DNA of 63,653 nt, the filler included, from Octopus bimaculoides (lineage: Eukaryota): NCBI RefSeq assembly GCF_001194135.2. It is 8 parts of 8 records of this genome, joined end to end, with 100 filler letters (N's around TTAATTAATTAA, not from the genome) between each part and the next. Parts side by side here need not be neighbours in the genome. Positions count along the whole stretch, not along the records: positions 60,614 to 61,715 come from NW_026396363.1; positions 61,816 to 63,653 come from NW_026404916.1; 6 more parts are not named here. One strand, given 5' to 3'. Below are positions 60,954-63,653 of the stretch, piece by piece. The notes beneath the pieces are model-generated. The model was not told the DNA's origin and made no database searches. It saw only the letters and a list, made by a program, of their open reading frames with translations. Positions within the stretch are counted from its first letter, which is position 1. Each line of letters begins with the position of its first letter. The translations under genes were made by a program, and so were the position numbers.

Positions 60954-61815
60954 ATCTATACACATATATATACATATATATACATATATATATATATATA
61001 TGTATAAACAAATAGTAAATGAGTATATGCATATATACGTACAGGTATGTGCATACCGACATCCATCTGTATGTATAGGTGCATATCTGGGTACAGGACA
61101 TTGCAAACAAAACAGAGACGAGAAAACACACAAGCCACATAGAGAACATTCTACTTCATCAGCTACCCCCGTTTTAACACCGGCGTTTCGAAGAGCTGGG
61201 CAGGACGCATCGTTAAAACAGCTCTTCCCATGGACCGCAAATTAAATTTGTATACACAAATTAAATCTTGCCATGGAGGAATGTAGTGGCAGACAAAAAA
61301 CAAGACAGGAAAACAAACAGAAAAGGCTTTAACGGCCAGACGAGAAAAATTATGTGTACATGAACGCTGTGAGGCACGAACTTGAAAGTGGGGATGAAGT
61401 GGTTCGCGTGTTTGCTCGGAGATAGCCAAGGAAGAAAAGGATTATTGACCGGAAGCATGTGACCATGCCGGTGTAAGGGGAAGAGAGAGAGTGGTAGAGG
61501 GAGAAACAAAGGGAGGAAGTAGAAGAATAGGTGAGCAACGAAAGGAAAAGAGAAAGAGAGGAAGTACGAGGGGGAAAAAAGAGATACGTAGTAGTAACAG
61601 AGGAAGAACGAGAGGGGTAAAGCAAGATATGTATATATATATATATATACACACATATATATTACACATATATATACATATATATAAATATACATATATA
61701 TACATATATATAAATNNNNNNNNNNNNNNNNNNNNNNNNNNNNNNNNNNNNNNNNNNNNTTAATTAATTAANNNNNNNNNNNNNNNNNNNNNNNNNNNNN
61801 NNNNNNNNNNNNNNN

Positions 61816-62575
61816 AGATCTTGGGAAGGCGATGTTCATTCATCTGACGGACGTGACCTGACCATCAGAGACGATGTTCAATGATCAAGGATTCGATGTT
61901 CAGGAGACCTGATCTTTCAAGCATAGAGTTGTTGGTGATGAGATCTTCCCAGTTGATGTTCAGAGCAAAGTTTGGACTGATGGATGTGCTCTAGTTTCTT
62001 CATGTCCTTACGGTAAACAGTCCAGGTTTCACACCTAGTAGAGTTGATATGACAACAGCCCGATAGACCATGAGCTTCGTTTTCAATGTCAGATCCTTGT
62101 TGCAAAAGACCCTGGTTTTGAGACGACCAAAAGAGGCATGACCTGATTGAATGCAATGTTCGATATCCTTACCAGATCCTGCAGTGGGTGACAGAAAACT
62201 TCCAAGATAGCAGAAATCCTCAATGACCTCAATTAATTGGTTGTTGATGGTGATGTTGGGGCTGTCAAGGTTGATACGAGGAGCTGGTTGAACGAGCACT
62301 TTGGTTTTGGCAATGCTACCTTTCAGGCCGAAAGTTTGATAAGCTCTGATGAAGTTATTTGTTGAGGTTTGGAGGTCTTCTGCAGTTGAAACTGGGGCTG
62401 CGTTATCATCAGCGTATTAAATCTCAGTGATCTAGCGCTCTTAACAGTGACGTCTTGATCAGAAATGCAAGATGTTGAAAAGTTCACCATCAAGTCTACA
62501 GAAAGGACTCTTCCCCTCATGTCATCATGGAAACCCCTGATCAGCGAAATGAAGCCTCTGGGACAACCATAATGA
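61816..62575 (-). mobile_element. Second RTE-clade LINE fragment (frameshifted, about 140-bp internal deletion, 3' part lost in gap)
   Basis: YGCPRGFISLIRGFHDDM, RLDGELFN, YADDN (62405-62416), FGLK..KTKVLVQP, YLGS, KTKLMVYRAVV, W.GHV..RLPKI. Confidence 0.9.
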
Positions 62576-62626
62576 TGTATATGTGCATATTTACACACAC
62601 ATATATATACATTTATATATACATAA

Positions 62627-62662
<36 letters not shown>

Positions 62663-63266
62663 NNNNNNNNNNNNNNNNNNNNNNNNNNNNNNNNNNNNNN
62701 NNNNNNNNNNNNNNNNNNNNNNNNNNNNNNNNNNNNNNNNNNNNNNNNNNNNNNNNNNNNNNNNNNNNNNNNNNNNNNNNNNNNNNNNNNNNNNNNNNNN
62801 NNNNNNNNNNNNNNNNNNNNNNNNNNNNNNNNNNNNNNNNNNNNNNNNNNNNNNNNNNNNNNNNNNNNNNNNNNNNNNNNNNNNNNNNNNNNNNNNNNNN
62901 NNNNNNNNNNNNNNNNNNNNNNNNNNNNNNNNNNNNNNNNNNNNNNNNNNNNNNNNNNNNNNNNNNNNNNNNNNNNNNNNNNNNNNNNNNNNNNNNNNNN
63001 NNNNNNNNNNNNNNNNNNNNNNNNNNNNNNNNNNNNNNNNNNNNNNNNNNNNNNNNNNNNNNNNNNNNNNNNNNNNNNNNNNNNNNNNNNNNNNNNNNNN
63101 NNNNNNNNNNNNNNNNNNNNNNNNNNNNNNNNNNNNNNNNNNNNNNNNNNNNNNNNNNNNNNNNNNNNNNNNNNNNNNNNNNNNNNNNNNNNNNNNNNNN
63201 NNNNNNNNNNNNNNNNNNNNNNNNNNNNNNNNNNNNNNNNNNNNNNNNNNNNNNNNNNNNNNNNAA

Positions 63267-63389
63267 TTTAACTTGATTTCGATTTCACTTGCCTCAACAG
63301 GTCTTCACAAGTGGAGTTTAGTGTCCAGTTTAACTCGATTTCGATTTCACTTGCTTCAACAGGTCTTCGCAAGTGGAGTTTAGTGTCCA
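63267..63389. repeat. 62-bp tandem duplication with 3 mismatches, next to a gap
   Basis: 63267-63327 versus 63329-63389. Confidence 0.85.
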
Positions 63390-63482
63390 ATGAAGGAAGG
63401 TACGCATAAGTGGACTGGCTGAGGACTTAGATTTAGGTCTCACTTGGCTTGCGTGGTCTTCTCACGCACAGCATATTTCCAA

Positions 63483-63653
63483 TCGGCAGAGTTTCTACAG
63501 CTGGATGCCTTTCCTAACGCCAACCACTCAGAGAGTGTAGTGGGTGCTTTTACGTGCCACCGGCATGAAAGCCGGTCAGGCCGTACTGGCAACGGCCACG
63601 CTCAAATGGTGTATTTAATGTGCCACCCGCACAAGAGCCAGTCCAGGGGCACT
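63483..63653 (-). mobile_element. Family D retroposon fragment
   Basis: gtttctacagctggatgcc..cctaacgccaaccactc.gagagtgtagtgggtgcttttacgtgccaccggc. Confidence 0.8.

Noticed and set aside
11868-61771. TTAATTAATTAA repeated seven times
   Set aside because: Always centred in N44-12-N44 blocks; a scaffolding linker, not biology.
2086-63383. Most long ORFs in the track (poly-X, YI/HT/CV/SL repeats, poly-S/L/T/V/M/D)
   Set aside because: They run through N gaps or microsatellites and have no domain signal.
17528-63389. CRISPR-like arrays (17-, 31-, 50- and 62-bp periodicities)
   Set aside because: Eukaryotic context, no unique equal-length spacers between identical repeats and no cas genes; these are minisatellites.

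Overview
Repeat-rich, AT-rich eukaryotic genomic scaffold with many N gaps and seven artificial TTAATTAATTAA gap linkers. The microsatellite load and SINE families suggest an octopus or other coleoid cephalopod (inference, no database search). Only one intact protein-coding gene is supported: an intronless class A GPCR of the FMRFamide/peptide-receptor-like group on the minus strand (37760-38872). The rest is mostly transposon debris: two RTE LINE fragments, a Tx1/L1-clade LINE with an 18-bp TSD, three R4/Dong-like pieces in (TAA)n tracts, a DD41D (rosa-type) Tc1/mariner relic, mariner relics and MITEs, a GG-terminated MITE with an 8-bp TSD, Helitron relics, probable solo LTRs, Penelope-like terminal repeats and about 30 tRNA-derived SINE copies. 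Family labels A-F are my own. The most interesting signal is not in the ORF track: a set of minimal type I hammerhead ribozyme motifs. One is complete and carries a compensatory U3-A8 core pair (22465-22532), one has a canonical core and palindromic stem III (42928-42987), and several are decayed relics. Also notable are a 5'-truncated RTE whose truncation point is complementary to its own 3' end, a perfect 80-bp inverted repeat, and an apparent CpG-depleted domain from about 46 to 60 kb. SINE and relic boundaries are approximate (about 10-20 bp).
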